A DNA stretch of 64,000 bases from Paracoccaceae bacterium (GCA_028285485.1 JANQPC010000107.1:784-64783); one strand, 5' to 3'; numbered from the stretch's first letter, positions 39,044-49,971 are shown. Notes: generated by a model not told the origin, from the letters alone. Program-made: numbers and translations.

Positions 39044-39678
39044 CTCACCTCCTCGAACTCTGCCTGCAGGGCGCGCACATGCTCCATCAGCCCCGGCTGC
39101 TGGCTGCGGCGCAGGCGCTCGGCGGTGATGATCGTTTTCAGCCGCGCCTCGGTGGCATCGAGATCGTCATTGACGAGCACGTAATTGTAGCTGCCCCAGT
39201 GGCTGATCTCATCCCAGCTTTTCATCATCCGCTTGGCGATGGTTTCAGCCGTATCCTGCCCCCGGCTTTCAAGGCGCCGCCGAAGCTCGGCAATCGAGGG
39301 CGGCAGGAGAAAGATCGACAGCACATGTTCCTGCAGCCCCGAATTGCCGATCTGCTGGGCGCCCTGCCAATCGATATCGAAAAGCACATCGCAGCCTGTA
39401 TCGATGGCATCGCGCACAGGTCCGAGGGGGGAGCCGTAGAAATGGCCGAACACATGGGCGTGTTCGAGCATCTCGCCCTCCTTGACCATCGTCTTGAATC
39501 CGGCCTCGGAGGTGAAGTGATAATCCTGCCCATCCACTTCGCCCGGGCGCGCCGCGCGGGTGGTGGCGGAAACGGAGAAGCGGATCGTTTCATCCCACAC
39601 GCGCAGGCGGCGGGCCAGCGTGGATTTCCCGGCGCCCGAGGGCGAAGACAGGATGATAAGAAGCCCGCGCCGCGCCAT
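39040..39678 (-). CDS. gmk: Guanylate kinase
   Basis: P-loop '[11 protein letters not shown]' and '[21 protein letters not shown]'. 4-nt overlap with the downstream gene. Confidence 0.92.
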   Translation of the reverse strand: MARRGLLIILSSPSGAGKSTLARRLRVWDETIRFSVSATTRAARPGEVDGQDYHFTSEAGFKTMVKEGEMLEHAHVFGHFYGSPLGPVRDAIDTGCDVLFDIDWQGAQQIGNSGLQEHVLSIFLLPPSIAELRRRLESRGQDTAETIAKRMMKSWDEISHWGSYNYVLVNDDLDATEARLKTIITAERLRRSQQPGLMEHVRALQAEFEEVS

Positions 39679-39680
39679 GC

Positions 39681-40571
39681 CTACTCCACGTTCTGAACCT
39701 GCTCGCGCATCTGATCGATGGTATGCTTGAGGTCAAGGCCGGTGCGCGAAAGCTCGGCATGCTGCGCCTTTGCGCAAAGCGTATTGGCCTCGCGATTGAA
39801 CTCCTGGGTCAGGAAATCAAGCTTGCGGCCCTTGGGGCCCGGCCCCGCGAGCAGATCGCGCGCGGCGGCAACATGGGCATCGAGCCGATCAAGCTCTTCG
39901 GCCACATCCGCCTTCACCGCGATCAGCGCAAGCTCCTGGGCCACACGTTCGGCATTCACGCCCTCGGCGGCCTCTGTCACCCGGGCGAGCGCCTCATGGA
40001 GGCCCGCGCGCATGTGATCGGCGCGCGCGTCGAGAAGGCCGCGCGCGTCTGCCACGCCGGCGGCGATGGCATCGATCTGGCCCGCGATCACGCGCTCCAG
40101 GGCGGCGCCCTCGGTCTGGCGCGCGGTTTCAAACGCCGCGATCAGGCCATCGAGATCGGCCAGAAGCGCCATGCGCAGGGGGCCGGTATCGGCATCGCCC
40201 TGCCCGGCCTCCAGAACGCCGCGCAGGCCCAGAAGCTCGGCCGCAGAGCTTTGGCGAAGGGCCAAACCGCCCGCCTCGGCGGCGCGTTCCGCCGCCTCGA
40301 GCATCTCTACCGCGCGGGCAAGCGCTTCGGGATCGAGCGTGGCCGCGCTGCTGCCGCCCTCGCGCGCCACCCGCAGGCTCAGCGTGATGTTGCCGCGCTT
40401 AGCCACCTTGCCGAGGGCAGCGCGCAGCGGGGCGTCGAGCCCCTCGATCCAATCGGGAATGCGCAGGCGAAGATCCAGCCCGCGGCCATTGACCGAGCGC
40501 AGATCCCAGCTCCACCGCCAGCCCTCCGAGGCCCCTTCGGCAGAGGCGAAGCCGGTCATCGATTGCGTCAT
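39681..40571 (-). CDS. yicC: YicC family stress-induced protein
   Basis: 'MTGFASAEG' N-terminus and C-terminal '[19 protein letters not shown]'. Confidence 0.85.
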   Translation of the reverse strand: MTQSMTGFASAEGASEGWRWSWDLRSVNGRGLDLRLRIPDWIEGLDAPLRAALGKVAKRGNITLSLRVAREGGSSAATLDPEALARAVEMLEAAERAAEAGGLALRQSSAAELLGLRGVLEAGQGDADTGPLRMALLADLDGLIAAFETARQTEGAALERVIAGQIDAIAAGVADARGLLDARADHMRAGLHEALARVTEAAEGVNAERVAQELALIAVKADVAEELDRLDAHVAAARDLLAGPGPKGRKLDFLTQEFNREANTLCAKAQHAELSRTGLDLKHTIDQMREQVQNVE

Positions 40572-40597
40572 GGAACGTCCCCCGCGCCACAGTGGCA

Positions 40598-40613
40598 TTA
40601 ACCGTTTGGTAAC
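40598..40613. promoter_or_regulatory. CtrA-like site TTAA-N7-GTAAC (one mismatch to TTAA-N7-TTAAC)
   Basis: Read directly in the divergent yicC / PAS_5 intergenic region. Confidence 0.25.
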
Positions 40614-40731
40614 TTTTGGACGGATTCTCCGGCCCAAACATGGCACTCTGGCGCCAATCGAAACCCGCGTGCCCCCCTCGCGATAACAGAGGGCCCGGCG
40701 CGCGACAATCGCAACGCCAGGAGCCGCCCGC

Positions 40732-41281
40732 GTGACCCGCTCGTCAGACGTTATCTCCCTCTTCGGTGCCGAAGATCCCAGCACCGACCCTGCCCTGCGC
40801 CGGATCGAGAGCTACTGGGAAACGCTTCGCGCCGGGCGCATCACGCCGCTGCGGGCGGATGTGGATCCGCGCGGGATGTCGGGGGCGCTTGATGCCGCCT
40901 TTGCGCTTGAACGGATCGCCCCGCGCGTGGCACAGTTTCGGGTGGCCGGGCGGCGCTTTTCAGATTTAATGGGGATCGAGCTTCGGGGCATGCCGCTCAG
41001 CGCGTGTTTTCTGCCCGAGGCGCGCGGCCCTCTGGGCGAGGCGCTGGAGCGGCTATTCGATACCCCTGCGATCCTGCGCGGCACGTTCCTTTCGCCCTCG
41101 GGCTTCGGGCGCCCCGCGCTGACGGCGGATATCGTGCTTTTGCCGCTGGCCGATGATCGCGGCCAGATCACCCGCGCGCTTGGGGGCATCGCGCTCAGCG
41201 GGCGGCTGGGCGACCGCCTCGCCCCCGCCCCCGCACCGTTGCTTCGACATCGTGAAAAGGGGACCGAAAGCCCTGCCCTAG
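40732..41281 (+). pseudogene. PAS_5 (DUF1457) domain protein with an apparent +1 frame disruption near its 3' end
   Basis: GTG start with an AGGAG SD 8 nt upstream. 'IESYWETLRAGRITPLRADVDPRGM...FALERIAPRVAQFRVAGRRFSDLMGIELRGMPL' is typical of the family. The in-frame ORF runs on to 41904, antisense to the DAHP synthase gene. The +1 frame ends at the TAG at 41279-41281, giving a family-typical length of about 183 codons. Confidence 0.45.
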
Positions 41282-42648
41282 CCCGCCGCCACCTTTGCAG
41301 GCGCGCTGCGGCGCGCCGAAAGCGCCTCGGCCACCAGAAATGCCAGTTCCAGCGATTGCGAGGCGTTGAGGCGCGGATCGCAGGCCGTGTGGTAGCGATC
41401 GGAGAGATCCTCATCCGTTACCGCGCGCACGCCGCCCGTGCATTCGGTCACATCCTGCCCCGTCATCTCGAAATGCACGCCGCCCGGGATCGTGCCCTCG
41501 GCGCTGTGTACCGCGAAGAATTCCTGCACCTCGCGCAGCACGCTGTCGAACGGCCGGGTCTTGTAGCCGGAGGAGGATTTGATCGTGTTGCCGTGCATCG
41601 GATCGCAGGACCAGACGACCGAGGCGCCCTCTTCCTCCACCGCCCGGATCAGCCGCGGCAGGTGTTCGCCCACCGTGCCCGCACCGAAGCGCGCAATGAG
41701 CGTGAGCCGCCCCGGTTCATTCTCGGGGTTGAGCGTGGCCATGTTGCGCTTGAGATCGTCAACCGAAGTGGAGGGCCCGCATTTCATGCCGATGGGGTTC
41801 TGGACCCCACGCGCAAATTCGATATGCGCGCCGTCAGGCTGGCGGGTGCGATCCCCGATCCAGATCATGTGGCCGGAGCCCGCGACCCATTTGCCGGAGG
41901 TTGAATCCACCCGCGTCAGCGCCTCTTCATATTCCAGCAGCAGCGCCTCGTGGCTGGTGTAGAAATCCACCGTGCCAAGCTCGTGGGTGGTTTCCGCCGT
42001 CATCCCGGCGGCGCCGATGAAATCGAGCGTGTCCTGGATCCGGCCCGCCATATCGCGGTACTTCTGTGCCTCTTCGCGATCGGTGAAGCCCAGCGTCCAG
42101 CTATGCACATGGTGCACGTCGGCGAAGCCGCCGGTGGAAAACGCCCGCAAAAGGTTCAGCGTGGCCGCCGCCTGGGTGTAGGCCTGCAGCATCTTCTTGG
42201 GGTTCGGAATGCGCGCCTCGGGCGTGAAATCGAGCTCATTGATGATATCGCCGCGGTAGCTTGGCAGTTCCACGCCATCTTTCACTTCAACCGGGGCCGA
42301 ACGCGGCTTGGCGAACTGGCCCGCCATGCGGCCCACCTTGATCACCGGAACCTTGGCGCCGTAGGTGAGCACGATGGCCATCTGCAGCATCACCTTGAAC
42401 GTGTCGCGGATGCTATCGGCCTTGAAATCGGCGAAGCTTTCGGCGCAATCGCCACCCTGCAGGAGAAACGCCTCGCCGCGGGCCGCCTTGCCAAGCTCTG
42501 CCTTCAGGCGGCGCGCTTCACCGGCGAAAACGAGCGGCGGATACCCTGCCAGCTTCGCCTCAACCCGCGCCAAAGCATCGGCATCGGTATAGTCGGGCAT
42601 CTGCACCCGCGGCTTGCTGCGCCATCCGGTTTTCTGCCACTCCGCCAT
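41278..42648 (-). CDS. Class II 3-deoxy-7-phosphoheptulonate (DAHP) synthase
   Basis: About 456 aa with '[12 protein letters not shown]', '[18 protein letters not shown]' and 'CDPMHGNT'. The ATG at 42648 follows an AAGGAAAAG SD. Confidence 0.9.
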   Translation of the reverse strand: MAEWQKTGWRSKPRVQMPDYTDADALARVEAKLAGYPPLVFAGEARRLKAELGKAARGEAFLLQGGDCAESFADFKADSIRDTFKVMLQMAIVLTYGAKVPVIKVGRMAGQFAKPRSAPVEVKDGVELPSYRGDIINELDFTPEARIPNPKKMLQAYTQAAATLNLLRAFSTGGFADVHHVHSWTLGFTDREEAQKYRDMAGRIQDTLDFIGAAGMTAETTHELGTVDFYTSHEALLLEYEEALTRVDSTSGKWVAGSGHMIWIGDRTRQPDGAHIEFARGVQNPIGMKCGPSTSVDDLKRNMATLNPENEPGRLTLIARFGAGTVGEHLPRLIRAVEEEGASVVWSCDPMHGNTIKSSSGYKTRPFDSVLREVQEFFAVHSAEGTIPGGVHFEMTGQDVTECTGGVRAVTDEDLSDRYHTACDPRLNASQSLELAFLVAEALSARRSAPAKVAAG

Positions 42649-42854
42649 CGCTTTTCCTTTCAAAGCTTTGGCCCGCGCGCGCCCTGCCGCGCTTCGGGCC
42701 ATCCTCAGCGCGCGGGTGTATAGCCGGGCGCGGGGGGGATGAAAACAGGCCGTGTGCGCGCGGGCACGTGATTTTTGCTCCGTGCGGGATGGCTTGAACG
42801 GGCGCGCATTTCCTGTTTCGGTCGCTCAACTGAAAACCGCTGAGTCTCGGAACC

Positions 42855-43859
42855 GTGGACCAAAGCCGCCAGACCATTGAACTTGACGCGCGCCCGGCGC
42901 GCAGCCGGCGGTTCGTTTTCGTGCTGCTGGATCGCTTCACGCTGCATTGCTTTGCCTCTGCCATCGATTCCCTTCGGATCGCCAACCGTATGTCGGGGCA
43001 GGAGCTGTATTCCTGGAAGCTTCTGGGCGAAGGCGGTGCGGCGGTGGAATGCTCCTGCGGCACCCGGATCGAGGTGGATGGCGATCTGGAAGAGCTGTCG
43101 CGCGACGATACCGTGCTTGTTTGCGGCGGCGTGGATATTCAGGCTGTGACCACCCGCGCGGTGCTGAACTGGCTTCGGCGCGAGGCTCGGCGGGGCGTGG
43201 CGCTGGGCGGGCTTTGCACCGCAGCCTACCCGCTGGCGAAAGCGGGGCTGCTCGACGGCAAGCGCGCCACCATCCATTGGGAAAACCAGGATAGCTTCTC
43301 GGAGGAATTCGAGGAGGTCACGCTCACCAAATCGATCTTCGTGGTGGATGGGAACCGCTTCACTACGGCGGGCGGCACCGCCTCGATCGATTTGATGCTG
43401 AAGATCATTGCCGATGATCACGGGGAAGAGCTTGCGGGCGCGGTGGCCGATCAGCTGATCTACACCACGATCCGCACCGATCAGGATACGCAGCGGCTTT
43501 CGGTGCCCACCCGGATCGGCGTACGCCACCCCAAGCTGAGCCAGGTGATCCAGATGATGGAGGCCAATATCGAGGATCCGATCAGCCCCTCGATCCTGGC
43601 GCGCGACGTGGGCATGTCCACCCGCCAGCTGGAGCGGCTGTTCCGCCGCTACCTCAACCGCTCGCCCAAGCGCTATTACATGGAGCTGCGGCTTCAGAAA
43701 GCGCGGAACCTGCTGATGCAAACGGATATGAGCGTGATCAATGTGGCGCTGGCCTGCGGCTTTGCCTCGCCTTCGCATTTTTCGAAATGCTACCGCGCGC
43801 AATATCAGACCACGCCCTATCGCGAGCGGGGCGCGCAGGCGGCGCGCCTGACAGTTTAG
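42855..43859 (+). CDS. GlxA family transcriptional regulator (DJ-1/PfpI domain plus AraC HTH)
   Basis: 'FVFVLLDRFTLHCFASAIDSLRIAN' and C-terminal 'ACGFASPSHFSKCYRAQY'. Confidence 0.85.
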   Translation: MDQSRQTIELDARPARSRRFVFVLLDRFTLHCFASAIDSLRIANRMSGQELYSWKLLGEGGAAVECSCGTRIEVDGDLEELSRDDTVLVCGGVDIQAVTTRAVLNWLRREARRGVALGGLCTAAYPLAKAGLLDGKRATIHWENQDSFSEEFEEVTLTKSIFVVDGNRFTTAGGTASIDLMLKIIADDHGEELAGAVADQLIYTTIRTDQDTQRLSVPTRIGVRHPKLSQVIQMMEANIEDPISPSILARDVGMSTRQLERLFRRYLNRSPKRYYMELRLQKARNLLMQTDMSVINVALACGFASPSHFSKCYRAQYQTTPYRERGAQAARLTV

Positions 43860-43861
43860 CG

Positions 43862-45049
43862 ATGTTCCTGCCCTTTTTCGGCGCGCTCCGCACCCATCGC
43901 GTGCCGGTCTCGCTGCGCGAATATCTCGCGTTTCTCGAAGGCATGGCGGCGGGGCTTGTGACCTATGACGTCGAGGGGTTCTATTACCTCGCGCGCACCG
44001 CGATGGTGAAGGACGAGCGGCATATCGACCGGTTCGATCAGGCCTTTGCCGCGGCCTTCGAAGGGCTTGAAACGATCACGCTGGAGCAGGTGCTTGAAGC
44101 GGTGGATCTGCCAGCCGACTGGCTGGAGAAGATGGCCGAGAAGCACCTTTCGCCCGAGGAAAAGGCCGAGATCGAGGCATTGGGCGGCTTCGATAAGCTT
44201 ATGGAAACGCTGAAGGAACGGCTGGCCGAGCAGCAGGGCCGCCACCAGGGCGGATCGAAATGGATCGGCACGGCGGGCACCTCGCCCTTCGGCGCCTATG
44301 GCTACAACCCCGAAGGCGTGCGGATCGGCCAGAGCGAAAGCCGCCACCAGCGCGCGGTGAAGGTGTGGGACAAGCGCGAATTCCGCAATCTCGACGATCA
44401 GGTGGAACTGGGCACGCGCAACATCAAGGTGGCGATGAAACGCCTGCGCCGCTGGGCGCGGGACGGGGCGCGCGAGGAGCTTGATCTCGATGGCACCATC
44501 CGTGCCACGGCCGAACACGGCTATCTGGATGTGCAGACCCGGCCCGAGCGGCACAATGCCGTCAAGGTAATCCTGTTTCTCGATGTGGGCGGCTCCATGG
44601 ACCCGCATGTGAAGGTGGTGGAGGAGCTATTTTCGGCGGCGCGGAGCGAATTCAAACACCTTGAATACTACTACTTCCACAACTGCCTTTACGAAGGCGT
44701 GTGGCGCGACAACCGGCGGCGTTGGACGGAGCAGACCCCCACAACAGACGTGCTCAACACCTATGGGCCGGACTACAAGTGCATCTTCGTGGGCGATGCC
44801 TCGATGAGCCCCTATGAGATCGCCATGCCCGGGGGCGCAAATGAACACTGGAATGCCGAGGCCGGATCGGTGTGGCTTGCCCGGGTGCGGGACCAGTGGC
44901 CCCATGTGCTGTGGATCAACCCGGTGCCGGAGAAATACTGGGGCTACACGCAATCCATCGGCATGGTGCGCGAGATCCTGGGGCCCGAGACGATGGTGCC
45001 GATGACGCTTGCGGGGATCGAGCGGGGGATGCGGGCGCTTGGGCGGTAG
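43862..45049 (+). CDS. VWA domain-containing protein (CoxE-like, the usual partner of MoxR ATPases)
   Basis: 'MFLPFFGALRTHRVPVSLREYLAFLEG' N-terminus and the MIDAS-like motif 'LFLDVGGSMDPH'. It starts 3 nt after the glxA-like stop. Confidence 0.75.
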   Translation: MFLPFFGALRTHRVPVSLREYLAFLEGMAAGLVTYDVEGFYYLARTAMVKDERHIDRFDQAFAAAFEGLETITLEQVLEAVDLPADWLEKMAEKHLSPEEKAEIEALGGFDKLMETLKERLAEQQGRHQGGSKWIGTAGTSPFGAYGYNPEGVRIGQSESRHQRAVKVWDKREFRNLDDQVELGTRNIKVAMKRLRRWARDGAREELDLDGTIRATAEHGYLDVQTRPERHNAVKVILFLDVGGSMDPHVKVVEELFSAARSEFKHLEYYYFHNCLYEGVWRDNRRRWTEQTPTTDVLNTYGPDYKCIFVGDASMSPYEIAMPGGANEHWNAEAGSVWLARVRDQWPHVLWINPVPEKYWGYTQSIGMVREILGPETMVPMTLAGIERGMRALGR

Positions 45050-45184
45050 CGGCTGGCCGGGTGCAGCTGTGCCCTGTGCCGTTCTGAACGCAAAGCCGCG
45101 CCATAGCCGGGCCCGGGCCCGGCGATCAAGAGGATGATCTGCGCGCCTTGTCCCGGCATCGGCGTGGCCGCCCGGCGACGCCCC

Positions 45185-46738
45185 TCAAAAATCCGTTGGC
45201 GCCCCGCCCTCGGCTTTCCGCCGCTCCACGAAATCCGAAAGCTCCTCGCGGATCGCCGGATCCATCGGCGGCGGTTCGAAACTGCCGACGATCTCCTTGA
45301 ACAGCGCATGGGCGCGCTCTGCCGTCCAGGTGCCGCCGGCAAGCTCCCACCCTTCGAAATTCCGCCAGTCTGAAACAAAGGGCTGGTGAAAGGCGGTGGT
45401 GTAGCGATCCTGGGTGTGCTGGAGGCCGAAGAAATGGCCCGTGCCCACCACTTCCTGGATCGCGTCCACCGCCAGATCCTCTTCCCCCGTGGCGGTGAGC
45501 GCGGGTTCGAAGTAGCGCTGGATAATCTGCAAGACCTCGCAATCCATGATGAATTTCTCGGGGCTTGCGATCAGCCCGCCTTCGAGCCAGCCGGCGGAGT
45601 GGTACACCATGTTGGTGCCCGATTGCACCGCCGCCCACAGCGAGTTCGAGGTTTCCCACATCGCCTGCCCATCGGGCACATTGGCAGCGCACACGCCCGA
45701 CGAACGCATGGGCAGCCCGTAGAACCGCGCCATTTGCCCCGTCATCTGGGTGGCGCGCATATATTCCGGCGTGCCAAAGGCCGGGGCGCCCGATTTCATA
45801 TCCACATTCGACGTGAAGGTGCCAATCACGCACGGGCAGCCCGGGCTGACATATTGGAAAAGCGCGATGGCGCAGAGCGCCTCGGCCACCGATTGCGCCA
45901 CTGCCCCGGCCAGCGTGACGGGCGCCATCGCTCCGGCAAGTGTGAAGGGGGTAACCACCACCGCTTGCCCCCGGCGCGCCAGCCGCAAACAGCCATCGAT
46001 CATCGGGTGATCGTGCTTGAGGGGCGAGGTGGAATTGATGTTGGTATACATGTGCGGGCGGGCGGCGAATTCCTCCTCGCTCAGGCCGTTCGCGATCCGC
46101 ACCATTTCCATCACATCTTCCACCCGCTCCTTCCCGAGCGAGTAGGCGTGCATCACCTTGTCCGACAGCGTGAGCTTGTCGAAGAGCACATCGAGATGCC
46201 GGATGGAGGGGTGCAGATCCACCGGCTCCACCGGATAGCCGCCCGCGAAGTGGATGCAGTTGAAATACTGGGTAAGTTTCAGAAGATCCTGGCAGGCCGC
46301 GCGGGTGCCCGGCACCTTGCCGGTGCTCAGATCCCAGTAGTTCGGCGGGGATGAGACATTGCCGAACAGGATCGTGTTGCCGCCCACGGTGAGCTGACGG
46401 TCGGGGTTGCGCGGGGTGATCGTGAAACTGGCGGGCGCCTTGCCCACCATCTCCATCACCCACGCGCGGTCAAACCGGACCATCGCATCATCAACCCTGC
46501 ACCCCGCCTCGCGAAAAAGCGTAAGCGCCTCTTCGTTGAGAAACTCGATCCCGATCTCTTCGAGGATGCGCATCGCCGCATCGTGGATCGCCGCAACGCC
46601 CTCTTCGCTCAAGGGTTCGGTCGGGCGGTCGGGGTTTTTCGGCAGGCGCCAGGGCATCTGTTCGATAACCGGCCCGCCCCGGCGGGTGTTCCCGGCGCGC
46701 CCGCCGCCGCGGCGGCGGCGCGTTGCTGTTTCGGCCAT
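45185..46738 (-). CDS. Trimethylamine methyltransferase (MttB) family protein, non-pyrrolysine type
   Basis: 'LSEEGVAAIHDAAMRILEEIGIEFLNEEALTLFREAGCRVD' is a typical MttB N-terminus. The ORF is uninterrupted, with no in-frame amber codon. A GGGAGG SD lies 7 nt before the ATG at 46738. Confidence 0.85.
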   Translation of the reverse strand: MAETATRRRRGGGRAGNTRRGGPVIEQMPWRLPKNPDRPTEPLSEEGVAAIHDAAMRILEEIGIEFLNEEALTLFREAGCRVDDAMVRFDRAWVMEMVGKAPASFTITPRNPDRQLTVGGNTILFGNVSSPPNYWDLSTGKVPGTRAACQDLLKLTQYFNCIHFAGGYPVEPVDLHPSIRHLDVLFDKLTLSDKVMHAYSLGKERVEDVMEMVRIANGLSEEEFAARPHMYTNINSTSPLKHDHPMIDGCLRLARRGQAVVVTPFTLAGAMAPVTLAGAVAQSVAEALCAIALFQYVSPGCPCVIGTFTSNVDMKSGAPAFGTPEYMRATQMTGQMARFYGLPMRSSGVCAANVPDGQAMWETSNSLWAAVQSGTNMVYHSAGWLEGGLIASPEKFIMDCEVLQIIQRYFEPALTATGEEDLAVDAIQEVVGTGHFFGLQHTQDRYTTAFHQPFVSDWRNFEGWELAGGTWTAERAHALFKEIVGSFEPPPMDPAIREELSDFVERRKAEGGAPTDF

Positions 46739-46869
46739 CTGGGCCCTCCCGATATCACCTACCGGCAAGGATGGCGGGCTCGGATGGCGGTGGCGGGGAA
46801 AAAAGCGACCCTGCGGTGTCGTTTTCCTCCGGGAGCGCGGGAAAGCGCGCTGCCCGTTGGGCGCGCCGC

Positions 46870-47565
46870 TTATGCGCCTTGCGCGTCAAGCCAGTCTGGC
46901 AGGTGGCCGATATCGGGGAAAACGGCATCCGCCAGCGGCTCAAGATCCGCGCGGGTGGCGAGCCCCGTGAGAACGCCGATTGTGGCCATGCCCGCGGCGC
47001 GCCCCGCCGTCAGGTCATGGCGGCTGTCGCCCACCATGACCGCGGCCTCGGGCGGCACGCCCAGAGCCTTGGCGGCCGCGAGGCAGGGGCCCGGCGCGGG
47101 CTTGGCGCCATAGCCGCTGTCATACCCGGCGAGAAACGCGATGCGCCCGGCGATTCCGCTCGTTTCAAGCTGCCGCCGCGCCGCCGCCTCGCTTTCATTG
47201 GTGACCACGGCCAGATGCAGGCCCCGGGCCAGAAGGCTATCAAGATAAGGGGCAAGCGGCAGCGCCTCGGCCATGGTGACCTCGGCGGCAAGGGCATCGA
47301 GCTGGCCAACCAGCCCGCTCACCGTCTGATCCGGCAGAAACGGCAGCCAGGCGCGGGCGATATCTTCCGCCGTGCCGGCTATGGCGAGGCTGTCGGGGCG
47401 GAAGCGCTGCGCGGCGCGGTCGTATGAGATGGCGTTGGCCAGGCATTCGCCGGTGGCCGGATCGGGGGCCATGCGGTTGATCAACCCATCGGCCCAACGC
47501 CCCCAGCTTTTCTGGAAATCAAAGAGGGTGCCGTCTTTATCGAAGAGGATCGCGCGCGGGGTCAT
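46870..47565 (-). CDS. HAD family hydrolase
   Basis: Motif I 'ILFDKDGTLFD' and motif IV 'MVGDSRHDLTAGRAAG'. Confidence 0.8.
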   Translation of the reverse strand: MTPRAILFDKDGTLFDFQKSWGRWADGLINRMAPDPATGECLANAISYDRAAQRFRPDSLAIAGTAEDIARAWLPFLPDQTVSGLVGQLDALAAEVTMAEALPLAPYLDSLLARGLHLAVVTNESEAAARRQLETSGIAGRIAFLAGYDSGYGAKPAPGPCLAAAKALGVPPEAAVMVGDSRHDLTAGRAAGMATIGVLTGLATRADLEPLADAVFPDIGHLPDWLDAQGA

Positions 47566-47640
47566 GGGGCAGAGACTGGGGCGGCGGGATCGGAGGTGCA
47601 AGGCCCCGCGATGCGGCCTTTACAGGCGCGCCGCAAAAGC

Positions 47641-47656
47641 ATAACCATTTAGTTAT
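47641..47656. promoter_or_regulatory. Inverted repeat ATAAC-N6-GTTAT overlapping the ArsR-family start codon
   Basis: Read directly. It may be an autoregulatory operator, but the repeat is short. Confidence 0.2.
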
Positions 47657-47993
47657 GGATTCGCTTGCCCTCGATCGCGTCTTTTCCGCCCTCTCGGATG
47701 CCACCCGGCGCGGCATCCTTGCGGAGCTCTCGGGCGGCCCGCGCAACGTGCGCCAGCTCACAAGCGCCTTCGAGATCTCGCAACCCGCAATCTCAAAGCA
47801 CCTGCGGGTGCTCGATACCGCCGGGCTGATCCGGCGCGAAAAGCGCGGGCGGGAGCATCTCGTGACGGTGAACGCCGCTGCGGCGGAAGAGGCCGCGGCC
47901 TGGATTGCCCATTACGCCCGTTTCTGGCGGCTTCACTTTGATGCCGTGGACGACATTCTGACCCAACGCAAGGAGGCCCAAGATGACAACTGA
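47655..47993 (+). CDS. ArsR/SmtB family transcriptional regulator
   Basis: 'VFSALSDATRRGILAELSGGPRNVRQLTSAFEISQPAISKHLRVL' winged HTH. Confidence 0.85.
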   Translation: MDSLALDRVFSALSDATRRGILAELSGGPRNVRQLTSAFEISQPAISKHLRVLDTAGLIRREKRGREHLVTVNAAAAEEAAAWIAHYARFWRLHFDAVDDILTQRKEAQDDN

Positions 47994-48438
47994 GACCCAT
48001 GTTGAGAACGGTACATTGACGGTGCGCCGGATCTACGATGCGCCGCAGGCGGAGGTATTCGATGCCTGGATCGATGCGGCCAAGACCACCCATTGGTGGG
48101 GCTGCGGGCAGACCGAACGCGTGGCCTCCCGCATCGAGCCGCGCGTGGGCGGGGCCTATTACCACCTGATGAGCCTGCGCGATGTGGGCGATCACCCGAT
48201 TGACGGCACGATCACCGAGTTTGATCCGCCCCGCGCGCTGGCCTACACGATGCCGGGCATGGAATCGGGCGAGGTGATGGCGGTGCGCGTGACGTTTGAA
48301 GCCGCAGAGGCCGGCACGCGCGTGACGCTCACGCAATCGAAGCTGGACGAAACGCTGAAAGATGTTGTTGCAGCGGGCTGGGCGGCCTCGTTTGAACGGT
48401 TGGCGGAGTTCTTCCAAGGCGCACGGCGCGCGGCCTAG
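47983..48438 (+). CDS. SRPBCC (AHSA1/START-like) domain protein
   Basis: 'RRIYDAPQAEVFDAWIDAAKTTHWWG'. It overlaps the ArsR gene by 11 nt, which is a common pairing. Confidence 0.8.
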   Translation: MTTETHVENGTLTVRRIYDAPQAEVFDAWIDAAKTTHWWGCGQTERVASRIEPRVGGAYYHLMSLRDVGDHPIDGTITEFDPPRALAYTMPGMESGEVMAVRVTFEAAEAGTRVTLTQSKLDETLKDVVAAGWAASFERLAEFFQGARRAA

Positions 48439-48450
48439 CGGCAAAAGGCG

Positions 48451-49145
48451 TCAGAACGCGCAGTTCAGCGCCCGCTCAAAGCTCACCCGCCCGTCATACG
48501 GCCCGATCGGGCGGGAGATCAGCGCGCCTGCGGTAAAGCGAACCGCCATCACCGTGCGCCAGTTGCGGCTGGCCACGATCATCTCGATCCCCTCGCCGCA
48601 ATCGCGCAGGCCCCCGCCGATATCGGGCTCGCCGATCCGGTGGTTCGTGAAGCCTTCGCTGGCCCCCACCTGCGTAAGCGTGCCGTCGGAGAACCGCCAG
48701 ACGCGCAGGGTTTTGGCCAGGTGCGGGCGATCCACATAGGCGATCTCAATCGCCCCGTCGCCATCGAGATCGGCAATACCTACGGGCGCGAGCCAGCGAA
48801 ACCGGGTGCCGATGGGCGGAGTGGCGGCGATCAGCCCGTCGGGCCCGTAGATCGACAGGCGCGCACCCCGGGCGGCATCGCTTTCCACCACCACAACCTC
48901 GGGCGCGCCATCGCCATCCACATCGGCCAGGCGCGGCTCAACATCTTCGAACACCCGCGCCTCGGGCAGCACGATCCGCACGGTGCGCCCGCGATCGGTA
49001 TCGATTTCAAGTTCGCCGTATTCGATCGCATCGCCCAGAACGGCATGCGGGTAGCGTTCTGTCGGCGCCGAAAACCGCGCCGCCGTCACCGTTTCGCCAA
49101 ACGCCGGGGCCGCGACAAGCGCCAGGGCGGCGGCGAGGGCGCGCA

Positions 49146-49146
<1 letters not shown>
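48451..49146 (-). CDS. Secreted FG-GAP/VCBS-like repeat protein
   Basis: Signal peptide 'MRALAAALALVAAPAFG' and repeats 'LADVDGDGAPEVVVV' and 'IADLDGDGAIEIAYV'. Its ATG overlaps the ferredoxin TGA (ATGA). Confidence 0.6.

Positions 49147-49971
<825 letters not shown>

Noticed and set aside
46798-46825. Possible bidirectional terminator (AAAAGCGACcctgcggtGTCGTTTTCC) between the HAD and MttB-family genes.
   Set aside because: The stem is only 4-5 bp with a wobble pair, which is too weak to call as a feature. It may still contribute to termination.
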